A DNA stretch of 64,000 nucleotides from an uncultured delta proteobacterium (GCA_963827685.1 CAWHBU010000004.1:608001-672000); one strand, 5' to 3'; counted from the stretch's first letter, positions 50,897-61,626 are shown. The notes: a model not told the origin generated them from the sequence alone. A program made the numbers and translations.

Positions 50897-51541
50897 TTAT
50901 TTCAGTTCAACATCTGATCGAGACTCATTTGATGATGAGGCTGCTTCTTTTATTAGCAGATTCCCCTGTTTAATCCCATAAGCCTCAACCATTAAATCTA
51001 AAAATGCCCTTGCATCAGTGAGTCCACCGAGATGGGTGTGAACCACCTCATGAGAGCCATCCCCATCCATTTTAATGGCGATAAAGAATGGAGTTCTGAC
51101 TTCTCCTAAAGCCTGGTGAATTTTGAAATTCTCGTCAGGGAAGATAGGAAAAGGGATATTATAGTTGTGCTTAAGAGCTTCTATCTCTAAAAGACTATTT
51201 CCCGCCCCAATGCCAATTAATTTTAGTTTGCCCCTAAGGTCTGGATTGTTTTCAATTTGACGATATATTTCCGCCATGGCCGCTACGGTACTTTGACAGA
51301 TAGGGCAATAGAGGTTGAAAATCTTAATCAGGACACCTTTCGACTTGATTTGAGGAATTTTAAAAAACCCATCTCCTGAAAGTCCTAAATAAATTTTTTC
51401 ATTTGAATCTTTAGGAATGGGAAGACGGATGGCAGGGAGTTTTCCACCTTTGACAGGAAACGAACCTTCAGCAAAGACGGGAGCGTTAAGGGTCAAAGAC
51501 AGAAGGGCAATCATAAAGGAATGCGTTAGTATCTTATTCAC
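50897..51541 (-). CDS. Exported TlpA/ResA-like thiol-disulfide oxidoreductase
   Basis: Signal peptide, YCPICQ CxxC, cis-Pro RTPFF; GTG start after GGAGGAGG. Confidence 0.8.
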   Translation of the reverse strand: MNKILTHSFMIALLSLTLNAPVFAEGSFPVKGGKLPAIRLPIPKDSNEKIYLGLSGDGFFKIPQIKSKGVLIKIFNLYCPICQSTVAAMAEIYRQIENNPDLRGKLKLIGIGAGNSLLEIEALKHNYNIPFPIFPDENFKIHQALGEVRTPFFIAIKMDGDGSHEVVHTHLGGLTDARAFLDLMVEAYGIKQGNLLIKEAASSSNESRSDVELK

Positions 51542-51801
51542 TATGAATGTCCTCCTCCCTGAACATGACGAAGATACAGTGGGGATCCGCACTATTCCCG
51601 CCAAACAGTTCTCTCGCCCGCTTCAACCCATTTTGTCTGTTCGGATCCATTCTCCTTTCAACCGATATCGCTAACTTCCCCATTCGCCTCTTTCTATAAC
51701 CCCTGAAATACGCATCCTACATTAATAATGTTGTGGATGATTCCCTTTTTCTCATTTTACCTGAAGCTCCCATTCCAGTCGTGGTTTGGCACCATTTTAC
51801 A

Positions 51802-51817
51802 AGCAAAATATATACCT
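51802..51817 (-). promoter_or_regulatory. Possible sigma54 promoter for the TlpA-RR-TPR operon
   Basis: AGGTATATATTTTGCT on the minus strand, GG-N10-GC. Confidence 0.4.
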
Positions 51818-52100
51818 TAACCAGGCTCGCCGTGATAAATCTCCCCGAATAGCCTAACTCCTTAATATGAATTACTGTTTTACTTTCTTGCTGCTCCTGA
51901 AAATCAGGGGAAAAATTTTGGTTAGTCAAATTAGGTTATTTTCCGCAGAAAGGTGAGTAAATCTACGCAATTTAGATTACTTATTTCATACAACACGTGG
52001 GAACACTGCTCCTAATCCATATGGCCAAAGAAGCTGAAAGTCTTGACGAAGTGTTATGGTCGGGTCAAAATAAGCTTGAGAGATAAGACGGAGGGTAGAG

Positions 52101-52565
52101 ATGAAAAAAGGAATAATATGGATTTTAGCCTTTGTGATGCTCTTCGCCCTGCCAGCACTTGGCTTTTCGGCATCATTTAAGGTTTACCCGGGAGCCAAGC
52201 TGGAGGATGTTTACGAGGCAAAACAATCAGAGGTCGGGACTAAAATGTCAAAGGCCCCCAAAGTAATCATTTTTACGACCAATGATCTTTTTGAGAACGT
52301 TGTCGCTTTTTATCGCGGTATTGCCAGAGAATATAGGATGCCTATCAGCAGTGGAAAGCCTATCAAACTCTCTTCGGGACAAGAGCTTAAGGAAACCTAT
52401 TTTATCCTGGACGGCGCGGGTGACCTTAGTACTTCGAAGCACTGGATCAAAATTCAGCGGCCTTACCTGAGTAGGGCTCGAACGAGTGAAGGCTTTCAGG
52501 GAAAGTACGAGAAAGTCCGCGAAGTCACTGCGATTATCGAAGAAGACAAAAGAAGCTATCCCTAA
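52101..52565 (+). CDS. Exported hypothetical protein
   Basis: Signal peptide, YPGAK motif, SD GGAGG. Confidence 0.75.
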   Translation: MKKGIIWILAFVMLFALPALGFSASFKVYPGAKLEDVYEAKQSEVGTKMSKAPKVIIFTTNDLFENVVAFYRGIAREYRMPISSGKPIKLSSGQELKETYFILDGAGDLSTSKHWIKIQRPYLSRARTSEGFQGKYEKVREVTAIIEEDKRSYP

Positions 52566-52699
52566 AAGTATTAGTTAGTAGTTCCGAACATCCATTTCCC
52601 CCTTATCATAAACTTTCTTTGACTCCTTCATCTCCTTGAGAGGCCCTGCATGGATCAACGACTAATTTTTGTATTGCTTTTTTTAGAGATTGATTTAGA

Positions 52700-52972
52700 A
52701 TGCGATCAGGTAGTATCGAGGGGAACGAAGTGTCAAACTTCTGGGAAGGTAAAGACCCTTGCTGGATAATTTTGGATTGTTCGAAATACGTGTACGTAGA
52801 TTGTCCTGCTTATCTTTACCAAGAAAGGCCTTGTTGGGAAATTGCCTATACGAAGTGTGAGATTCTGCTTGGCATCAAACGAGATTGCAAAAATTGCAAG
52901 GTATTTAAGCTCTATAAAATGTCGAAGACTGATCTTCGTTCAATAACATCCTCAACGAAACACTCTTCATAG
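52700..52972 (+). CDS. Small Cys-rich protein (two-CW-like)
   Basis: PCW..C..CPAY..PCW..C..CKNC pattern; start may be GTG 52730. Confidence 0.6.
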   Translation: MRSGSIEGNEVSNFWEGKDPCWIILDCSKYVYVDCPAYLYQERPCWEIAYTKCEILLGIKRDCKNCKVFKLYKMSKTDLRSITSSTKHSS

Positions 52973-53143
52973 AACATCCCGCTCCTTTCCCAAATTTCAA
53001 CACGTTAGAGTATTATCTCGCAACATACCTCAAGGGGGATGCTCTTATTGATTTTTGGATAGTAAAAAGGTATAAGTCATTGATATCCCGTTTAAATATT
53101 TAGGCAATTTTTGAAAAGTTATTAACGGTTTTTTGGAGATCCA

Positions 53144-54658
53144 ATGCGGTCCATCTTTGGACAGACCTCTCTATCCTTTAAGGTGATCTTTGTCACCAGC
53201 CTCATCTTGATTTTCGCCATCTCTTTCAATGTCTGGTGGAATACGAGCCTTCACGGAGCCAGCATAGAGAAATTGACTCACGAGAAAACAAAGATTATTT
53301 CGGAGTTCATCGAAGAGAATGTCATTCGGGCAATGGAGAAGGGAAGACATTTTGATATGCACCGTATTCTGAAGAATTATACTGTCTATAAGGATGTCCG
53401 GAAAATTTTTATCTTCAGCATGGATGGAATCATCAGGGCATCCACAGAAGAGGGTGAGTTAAATAAGAAGGTTGGGGATGTTGAGTTCTATCTAAAAGAC
53501 CATCATTTTATCCGGGAAGAGATGGTTCAACTCCAAGATGGGAGGATAGAAAGGGAGCGGGTCTACTATTACAATACTCCCATTTTGAACAGGCCAGAAT
53601 GTTTTCAATGCCATGATAAAGAAAAGAAGATCATCGGGGTCCTGACCGTATCCAATTCCTTGAAAGAAATGGATACGATGCTTTGGAAGATTGAGATCCA
53701 CTCGGTTATCCTTGCCATCATTACTATCGTATTCTTATCTTTTGTGTTAGGCTTCCTGTTTTTGAAATTCGTCAACATTCCGATCAAGAAGTTGACTGAA
53801 ACGATGAAAAAGGCGGAGGAGGGCAATTTGACGGTAAGAGTGAATGTTAAGAGCAAAGACGAAATGGGAAGTCTGGCTGAAAATCTCAACATCATGATCG
53901 AGAAGCTCAATCTGGCAAAGCAAGAGGCAGAGCAATATCATCAGGAGCTGATTCAGAGGGCTGATCGAATGGCCTCCATCGGAGAGTTGGCCTCCGGGAT
54001 TGCTCATGAAATTAGGAATCCTTTAGCAGGGATTCAAGGAGCCATTCAAATCCTGGCAGAGGGATTCTCCAAAGAGGATTCTCGAACCCAAGTGACTGAT
54101 GAGATTCAAAAACAGATCTATAGACTGGAACGACTGGTGAAGGACCTCTTGAACTATGCCAAACCTGTCCCCGCAAATTACTTGCCCACGGATATTAATC
54201 AATTGGTCGATAAAGTCCTCTCTTTCTTTATGACCCAGCAGGGAAGGTCGGTGGGCTTTAAAATTGAAAAGAAATTATTTTCTTCCCTTCCCAAGACGAT
54301 GATCGATCCAAGTTCCATGGAGCAGGCTTTTCTAAATATCATCCTCAACGCCCAGAAGGCAATGCCAGTGGGTGGGACTTTTACCGTTTCAACCCGTGCA
54401 CTTCCCGAGAGGAAAGACGATGGGAAAAAAGGCCACGAAGTCCAGATCATTTTCGAGGATACGGGTGTTGGAATCCCGGGAGAAAACTTGCCCAAGATTT
54501 TCAATCCCTTCTTCTCAACCCGTTCGGATGGGACCGGGTTGGGGTTATCCATTACCAAAAATATTGTGGAGCAACATGGGGGAGAAATAGAGGTGGAGAG
54601 CCGAGTCAATGTGGGAACAAAATTTATCATTACCCTGCCGGCCATGGAACATCAATGA
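53144..54658 (+). CDS. Sensor histidine kinase with periplasmic heme-c motif and HAMP domain
   Basis: Two TM segments, CFQCH in the periplasmic loop, DEMG HAMP, AHEIRNPL, GTGLGL. Confidence 0.93.
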   Translation: MRSIFGQTSLSFKVIFVTSLILIFAISFNVWWNTSLHGASIEKLTHEKTKIISEFIEENVIRAMEKGRHFDMHRILKNYTVYKDVRKIFIFSMDGIIRASTEEGELNKKVGDVEFYLKDHHFIREEMVQLQDGRIERERVYYYNTPILNRPECFQCHDKEKKIIGVLTVSNSLKEMDTMLWKIEIHSVILAIITIVFLSFVLGFLFLKFVNIPIKKLTETMKKAEEGNLTVRVNVKSKDEMGSLAENLNIMIEKLNLAKQEAEQYHQELIQRADRMASIGELASGIAHEIRNPLAGIQGAIQILAEGFSKEDSRTQVTDEIQKQIYRLERLVKDLLNYAKPVPANYLPTDINQLVDKVLSFFMTQQGRSVGFKIEKKLFSSLPKTMIDPSSMEQAFLNIILNAQKAMPVGGTFTVSTRALPERKDDGKKGHEVQIIFEDTGVGIPGENLPKIFNPFFSTRSDGTGLGLSITKNIVEQHGGEIEVESRVNVGTKFIITLPAMEHQ

Positions 54659-54730
54659 TCGTGTCCGTGGCCGTTTGCCGTGTCCGGACACGCGACACGC
54701 GTCACGGGTCACGGTTTTTGGATGTAAGCG

Positions 54731-56107
54731 ATGCCTGAAGCCAGGATCTTAGTGGTTGACGACGAATATCTGATCCGGTGGACCCTTCAACAAAATTTAG
54801 AAAAAGAGGGTTACGAAGTTCTCCTTGCGGAAACGGGTGAGGAGGCACTGGAAAAAGTGAAGGAGGGAGCACCGGATTTAGCTCTTCTCGACATCAAACT
54901 GCCCGGGATGGACGGCTATGAAGTCCTCGAGAAGGCACTTAAGATAGATGAGGGTATTATCCCTATCATGATTACTGCGTTTGACGACGTTGAGAAGGTG
55001 GTCAAAGCGATGAGATTAGGAGCCTTTGACTATATCACCAAACCTTTTGACTTTAGTAAGGTTTACTTATCCATCCAGAAGGCATTGGAAGCCTCGCAGC
55101 TGAAGAGAGAGGTCAGGCATCTCAGAAAGGAAAAGAGAAACTGGTATGGTTTTGATAACATTGTCGCAGTTAGTCAGGAGATGGGAAGAGTTCTTCAGAT
55201 TTCTGAGAAGATTGCACAGAGTGAGGCGGCTACAGTGCTGATTCAAGGGGAAAGTGGAGCAGGAAAAGAGGTAATCGCTCACCTCATCCATGAGCGGAGC
55301 AAGAGGCAGAACATGCCCTTTATTACGGTTAATTGCGCCAACTTCCCAGAACAGATGCTGGAGAATGAACTCTGTGGTCATGAGAAAGGAGCCTTCACCG
55401 ATGCCAGGGAGGTGAAAAAAGGACTTCTTGAAGTAGCGGACAGGGGAACACTGTTTTTGGATGAAATTGGGGATATGAGCCTCAACCTTCAAGGGAAAAT
55501 CTTAAGACTGGTTGAGCAGAAGACTTTTCGAAGAATAGGCGGACTGAAAGACATCCAAGTGGATGTTAGAATCATCACAGCGACCAATAAGGACCTTCTA
55601 AAGCTGAAGGAGGAAGGTAAATTCAGAGAAGATCTTTTCTACAGGATTAATGTCGCTTCAATTAGAATTCCCCCCCTTCGTGAGAGGCCGAGTGACATCC
55701 TTCCGCTGACGAAATACTTCATGCAAAGATACAACGAGGAATTCCATAAGAATGTCCAAAAAATTTCAAAAGGCGTAGAAGACTTCCTCAGGAATTATAA
55801 TTGGCCCGGCAACGTACGGGAGTTGAAAAATGTGACCGAAAGGGCAATGATTCTTGTCGAAGAAGATACGCTCCTCATGGAGCATCTGCCGATAGAGATT
55901 CTTGGACAGGCTTCAAAACAGGGAGGGGTCATTGAAGGAATCCGAATTCCACCGGAAGGAATTTCGATAGAAAAAGTAGAAGAAGCCCTGGTGAAACAAG
56001 CTCTCAAGATGACGAATGGCAATCAAACCAAAGCAGCCAAACTTTTAGATATCAGTCGAGACGCCCTCCGATACCGAATGCAGAAGTTTGGGATGCTTGA
56101 ATCGTAA
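54731..56107 (+). CDS. NtrC/AtoC-family sigma54 response regulator
   Basis: Receiver, [22 protein letters not shown], Fis HTH. Confidence 0.94.
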   Translation: MPEARILVVDDEYLIRWTLQQNLEKEGYEVLLAETGEEALEKVKEGAPDLALLDIKLPGMDGYEVLEKALKIDEGIIPIMITAFDDVEKVVKAMRLGAFDYITKPFDFSKVYLSIQKALEASQLKREVRHLRKEKRNWYGFDNIVAVSQEMGRVLQISEKIAQSEAATVLIQGESGAGKEVIAHLIHERSKRQNMPFITVNCANFPEQMLENELCGHEKGAFTDAREVKKGLLEVADRGTLFLDEIGDMSLNLQGKILRLVEQKTFRRIGGLKDIQVDVRIITATNKDLLKLKEEGKFREDLFYRINVASIRIPPLRERPSDILPLTKYFMQRYNEEFHKNVQKISKGVEDFLRNYNWPGNVRELKNVTERAMILVEEDTLLMEHLPIEILGQASKQGGVIEGIRIPPEGISIEKVEEALVKQALKMTNGNQTKAAKLLDISRDALRYRMQKFGMLES

Positions 56108-56899
56108 CCCCAAAAACCACACGGCGCAGAGAGCCTGCTTACCGCAGATAGGCATAGCGCATGCCGTAACAACCTAAGCCTTCACATTTTAATCCCCCAG
56201 CCTAAGTTTAAACCATCACCCTCTACAATTCTTAATTCCCTGATATGTCCATTATATTTCGTTTCTGGGGCAAGTACCTTTTCCCAATTACTCCTTGAGA
56301 TAATAGAACAAATTCTAAAACGTGTGAGTTTATGCAGAAATGAACCCTGAGACATACGCCGCCGTGCGGGATTGGAATATTAAGAAGCATATAGGAGTAG
56401 GGTAAATGTGACCCTGAAATACATTATTTCAATCCCCAAAATACCGAATTCTCGTTATTTACCTTGTAAGTCCTCTTAAGGAAAATAATCTTAGATGATT
56501 AGCTTTCTCCACTCCCAATAATGAGGGGGTGAGGCCTTACGTTGAGAATAAAAAGGGCATAGAATCCGGTGTCTCGCGGAGACGGGAGAAGGGTATCTGT
56601 TGACTGATAGTGGCAAAGAGGGATCAAGAACGAGAAGACCAAAAATTTTAACATTTCACAGAGGTTTGTCATTAAAAACTTGGCTATGCATCATGCGCTA
56701 TGTTCTTTGCTTTTCTTGATTGGGCCATTGTGGAAGAATCCACAGGGGTGGGGGATATCTCGCTAATAAGCATTTGTCTTCACAAGCGCTAAAAATCATT
56801 GGAGTGGTGCGGTTTTTCGTGCCTTGCGTAATATGTTGAATTTAAAATGATTTTTCTTTATCCATCCAAGGGTTTTTATGGAATGAATTTGAAGCACTT

Positions 56900-56915
56900 T
56901 GGCATGGGGCTTGCT
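56900..56915 (+). promoter_or_regulatory. Sigma54 promoter of mtrAB
   Basis: TGGCATGGGGCTTGCT, about 90 bp upstream of the cytochrome ATG. Confidence 0.8.
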
Positions 56916-57005
56916 CTATAGAGAAGTGAAACAGATTTAAGCCCAATCAATCTTAATCCAAATAGTAGGGATCATCAAAAAAGGGAGAAAAGAGGAGGTG
57001 GAGTC

Positions 57006-57944
57006 ATGAAGAGAGGAGGTTTAGTTTTCTTATCTATTTTTTTATTCGTCTCAGCTTTAGTCCTCTTCACTCACCACAGTGTTAAGGGGAATTCAGAGTA
57101 TGTCGGTTCTGAAGCCTGCAAAGATTGCCATGAGGCCTATTACAACAAGTTTATGAAATCCGTCCACGGCAAAAAGGCAATACCAGGAGCGCCTGTCAAC
57201 CGGGATGGATGCGAATCATGCCACGGCCCCGGTGCCCAGCATGTTGAAAAGGGCGGAGGAAGAGGCGTAGCCATTTTCGTCTTCGGCAGAAAAACGGACC
57301 CAAATGATAGGGATTCGAAATGCCTCGCATGCCATGGAGAGACAAGGGATTTACCTTTCTGGAATCTGAGCAAGCATAAGTCAATGCAAATCACCTGCGA
57401 TAACTGCCACTCCATCCACGCGGCCCTGCCGGGAAAGGATTACCTTAAGGTTCAAGAACCCGACCTCTGCTTTGGCTGCCATAGGAACATCAGAACCCAA
57501 TTCAACAAGCAATCACACCATCCTATAAAAGAGGAATTTGTCGGCCGACAGGCGCTTAAATGCTCGAGCTGCCACAATCCCATGGGCACTTTTGACATCA
57601 AGGCGATGATAAGAGCCGATTCGGTAAATGATCTATGTTATAAGTGCCATGCCGAAAAGAGAGGACCCTATGCCTTTGAACATCCTCCTGTAACAGAGAA
57701 CTGCTTGAACTGTCATGAGATTCATGGAAGTAACCATTCGAGGCTTCTTACCAGAAAGGTGCCTCTCCTTTGCCAGAGTTGCCATGATACGGTAGGAGGA
57801 AGGCATAATACCGACCCCTATACCAATCTTCACTCTTTCCGGGGTACTGCTACCGCCGGGAAAAATAGATTTTTCGGCCGGGGATGTCTGAACTGCCATG
57901 GAAATATTCATGGAAGCAGCCTTTCCCAATTCTTTGTGCGATAA
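57006..57944 (+). CDS. mtrA: DmsE/MtrA/PioA-family decaheme c-type cytochrome
   Basis: Signal peptide, exactly 10 CxxCH motifs, CHAEKRGPYAFEHPPV and IHGS signatures. Confidence 0.92.
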   Translation: MKRGGLVFLSIFLFVSALVLFTHHSVKGNSEYVGSEACKDCHEAYYNKFMKSVHGKKAIPGAPVNRDGCESCHGPGAQHVEKGGGRGVAIFVFGRKTDPNDRDSKCLACHGETRDLPFWNLSKHKSMQITCDNCHSIHAALPGKDYLKVQEPDLCFGCHRNIRTQFNKQSHHPIKEEFVGRQALKCSSCHNPMGTFDIKAMIRADSVNDLCYKCHAEKRGPYAFEHPPVTENCLNCHEIHGSNHSRLLTRKVPLLCQSCHDTVGGRHNTDPYTNLHSFRGTATAGKNRFFGRGCLNCHGNIHGSSLSQFFVR

Positions 57945-57956
57945 GGAGGTGAAACA

Positions 57957-59975
57957 ATGAAAGCCATAATAATTATCTTTACAATGATGCTATGTCTCCT
58001 GCCACTTTCGTATGCTTTTTCCCAGGATACTAAGACAATAGAAGGAGAGGTTGAGCTAACAGGTGTCTGGATTGATGTACATGGGCAAGAGGGGGGAAAA
58101 GCCAAATTCACAGAATACAGGGATCTTAGAGAAGATGGTGCTGTTTTTGGAAGGGCAAGGTTGAATCTCGATACAGATAAGTATTTTCTGAACTTCAACG
58201 CAGGCGATTTCGCCTATGACACCCAATATTATAAGATAGACGGGGGCATGTGGGGGAAATTCAAGTTTGATCTTTTTTATGACGAGATACCCCACAATAT
58301 CACCTTTGATGCCAGAACCCCTTTTATCGGGGCAGGGCACGATCTCTTAACCGGTACTCCCAATTCGAATTTTCCTGCGTGGAACACATTTGACTATTCG
58401 ATCCTGAGGCATCAATACGGAACCGGCTTCAAAGTCGACGTGATTCGCCCGTTCTTTCTCGATCTCTCTTTTGAAAGGGAAAACAGGGACGGAATCAAGC
58501 CGACAGGCGCGGCAGAAACAACTCCAGGAGGCAGAGCCTTTGAGCTTCCAGAACCTGTTGACTACGTAACAAACAATCTGAAAGTTTCAGCAGGATATGC
58601 TCAAAAACCTCTGTTCTTGTCGTTGAATTATATCCACAGCGATTTTAACAACAGCAACGCTTCCCTGACTCTACCCTCCAACTTCAGCGCCCCCAATGCT
58701 TTCTCCCTTCCTCCTGATAATACCTATGATAAGGGAGCTTTTAAGGGTGCGGTCAATCTCCCCTTCAATAGCAGATTTAGTACGAACATGGGATTTTCAA
58801 GGGGGACATCGGACACATCCATTGTCTCTCTTATTTCTTCAGGTTATACGGGAAAAGTCGATAATGTAAATTATGACTTTGCACTCACTTCAAATCCTAT
58901 GCGTTTTCTCGACGCAAAAGTGTACTATAAGTATTACAAGAGGTTTAACAAATCTGATGATCCTACCGGCGTTGTGAATATCTTCTTAAATTACAACGTT
59001 GCTACTTACGGAGGAGAACTTGGTTTGAGGCTCCCCGAACATTTTTACCTCTCCGGCGGCTATAAATATGTCAAGACAGAGAGAAATAGGGAGGGAGTAA
59101 CGGACCCGGCAGAGATTCTACCCTTCAACATGGACAACATCTTTTTTGCGAATTTAAAATGGAGCGGGGTCGATTTTCTGGAGGCAAGGGTAGGATATGA
59201 GAAATTAGATAGAGACGCCCGATACCGAACCGTTGAAAGCGCTGTTAACCCAGCCCGAATATTTGCTTATGCAGCACAGAATAGAGATACTGTTAAGGCT
59301 ATTCTCGATATCTTCCCTTTGGAAAATCTGAATTTCGGTCTTGAGTACAGGTATAGAAATACAGATTATTCGGACACCATATTTGGATTGAGGGGCGACA
59401 GGAGGAATGAGTTCGAAGCCAGTGCCGATTATAGCATAGGGAAAATTGCTAAAGTATATGCCTATGGCGATTTGGAATGGATTAAATTCAACCAATTACA
59501 ATTTGAGGGCACGACCCTTCTCCCTTGGCAAGCGAATCAGTGGGATAAGAGCTGGGGGTATGGGATAGGGGCTGAAGTCTATGTTATTCCTAAGAAACTG
59601 ACATTGATATTTCAACATGATTATCTGAAATCGAATGGATCTGTTGACTTCACTCTTAATAATGGACTGTTTATTGCCGCGACTGGACTTGGTCCCGGAG
59701 CCGGGGCGAACAATGATAATATTGATATCGGCAGATGGGATGATTACACACTCTATTCCTTTAGCATTAAAGCAGTTTACAATTTCACAAAATCCGTTGC
59801 AGCCATGATAGGGTATGCTTATCAAAGATTTTGGTTCAGTGACGCCCAGTTAAACAATTACCTTTTTGCGCCTGCAGGCCCACCCAATACTAATGCTGCC
59901 TTTCTCACGGGGGCTTACAAGGACCAGACCTACAGGGCAAATTTAGTATTTGGAGGCCTTACCTACAAGTTTTAA
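57957..59975 (+). CDS. mtrB: MtrB/PioB-family outer-membrane beta-barrel
   Basis: Signal peptide, AKFTEYRD, LPEPVDY, LPPDN motifs, terminal YKF; follows the decaheme gene. Confidence 0.9.
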   Translation: MKAIIIIFTMMLCLLPLSYAFSQDTKTIEGEVELTGVWIDVHGQEGGKAKFTEYRDLREDGAVFGRARLNLDTDKYFLNFNAGDFAYDTQYYKIDGGMWGKFKFDLFYDEIPHNITFDARTPFIGAGHDLLTGTPNSNFPAWNTFDYSILRHQYGTGFKVDVIRPFFLDLSFERENRDGIKPTGAAETTPGGRAFELPEPVDYVTNNLKVSAGYAQKPLFLSLNYIHSDFNNSNASLTLPSNFSAPNAFSLPPDNTYDKGAFKGAVNLPFNSRFSTNMGFSRGTSDTSIVSLISSGYTGKVDNVNYDFALTSNPMRFLDAKVYYKYYKRFNKSDDPTGVVNIFLNYNVATYGGELGLRLPEHFYLSGGYKYVKTERNREGVTDPAEILPFNMDNIFFANLKWSGVDFLEARVGYEKLDRDARYRTVESAVNPARIFAYAAQNRDTVKAILDIFPLENLNFGLEYRYRNTDYSDTIFGLRGDRRNEFEASADYSIGKIAKVYAYGDLEWIKFNQLQFEGTTLLPWQANQWDKSWGYGIGAEVYVIPKKLTLIFQHDYLKSNGSVDFTLNNGLFIAATGLGPGAGANNDNIDIGRWDDYTLYSFSIKAVYNFTKSVAAMIGYAYQRFWFSDAQLNNYLFAPAGPPNTNAAFLTGAYKDQTYRANLVFGGLTYKF

Positions 59976-60710
59976 TTAGACTTAACTCTTCTTCTTCAAG
60001 TTTTTTGTTTTCGTCTAGCGGAAATTGCAGACAAAGAACCGGTTTGGCCAATTGCCACGGAAAAAGGAGATTCTGTGCGCGGTGGCAATCAAGTTAATCA
60101 AGGTGATCTTTCCGCTCTTGAGAGATAAGCGGAACTTTGAGGATCCGGTAGCCTGTTCAGTGGAATGAGTGAAAGCAAAAATGGTTGTGGCGGAAGAAGG
60201 ACCGTAGTTCTTCGTAGGCAAGAAGGCTTGCAGGATACAGCTTGGTCAACTTCCACCGTCCTTTCGACCTGAATAAAGTAAGTTGGGCATAAAAGGCTCG
60301 TAGAACAAAAGAGGTTAGGTGAAAAGGGCAAAGGGTTGAAGTAACACCACAACCATTACAGCTTTAACAGGACGATACCAATAAAAGTATTGACAACTTC
60401 CTTAGAAGAGGAAGGAGTCCTCAAGAAAATGGGGTGTGATATCTTCGAAAATAGAACATTTTATTGAAAATTTCGGGAATTAAGAAAGATTTAAATAGGT
60501 TATCCTTTTGAAATCATTAAACTTAGCAAAATCATTAAGATTAATTACGAATTATAATCAAAACCCTCCTTCTTTTTCTCTCTTGTTCCTTACTCTTTAA
60601 TCTTGTTTGGAAAATCGGCCCTGAAACGGTAACCGTTTTACACTAGAGAACTCTCATCGGGATCAAGCCTACGGATCTCAAAATTGATGTTCTAATTGTT
60701 TTAATGGAAC

Positions 60711-60809
60711 CTACCTTCCATAATGGGAAAACCAGTATTGCCGGAGGCAGGTCTTAAAAACTTCGTCTCTGGTTTTAGACCATGAGAATTCGTTTTTGAG
60801 TTCGGCCAT
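60711..60809 (-). pseudogene. N-terminal remnant of a PD-(D/E)XK nuclease-family gene
   Basis: MAELKNEFSWSKTRDEVFKTCLRQYWFSHYGR* resembles the S(W/Y)S..CPR.Y start of RecB-like nucleases. Confidence 0.45.
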
Positions 60810-61626
60810 TGAGCTGTCTGTGGGTTCCCTCTTAGCTGGAGTGTACAGAATAGCAGACAAGGTGTCAATTAGAATGAGAATAAGAGGGTGTTTAGCTCTA
60901 ATTAACGTACGGGGATCGAGTCTTAAAGCGGTGAGGTAGAGTATTTTTATTCCCAGTCCTCCTTTCTTACTCTTGCCTTTCTGGGTGGCCTACTTTATCT
61001 TACAAATGCAACTGCTTCTTTCTCTATTCACGCATTCGTTCCGAAACGGAGTTAATGTTTATACCATTTAACCTTTCCAACATCGCCTTTGTCAGACCTG
61101 CGGACACGTCTTCCCCATAAAAGGCATCGATATAATGGCCAAACAAATTTCGAAATTTCTGGCTGGGTTCACTTTTTCTGTCCCATCTGTCAAGCTCTTC
61201 AAAGAAATGCTTTTCAAGAGCTGGAGAATAGTGTCCAGGACAATAATCCATACCATGGATGGAGTGAGCAGGCCCTGGTGCGTTTGTGCATCCCTCCCAA
61301 TAGCAACCCCTTTTTGTCCTTAAGGGGTATCTTTCTTCTCAGTTCCTCGGTTTTTGGGCTGAACGATAGCCAAACTCCCCATTGTCATTCCCAGGTTTTT
61401 GAAAACCATAACCATGCTTGGGGCACCAACTTGGATAGTGGTCCTGTGCTTCTTTTTTAGAGCTATACGCTCCAGTTTTGCTTCAATTTCATTCCACAAA
61501 GAACCCCATCATTTTTAATCCTTTTAAATCGGCGCCACGAACATTCAATTATCTTTTTTGATTTTTGACCTTTTCCATGCTAAAAAATAGGTATAGGTTA
61601 ATTTGCATCACATAGGAGGAATGACC

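Noticed and set aside
56108-56899. Riboswitch or ncRNA in the long spacer before mtrA
   Set aside because: No recognisable c-di-GMP, cobalamin or other aptamer core by eye; an Infernal/Rfam scan would be needed
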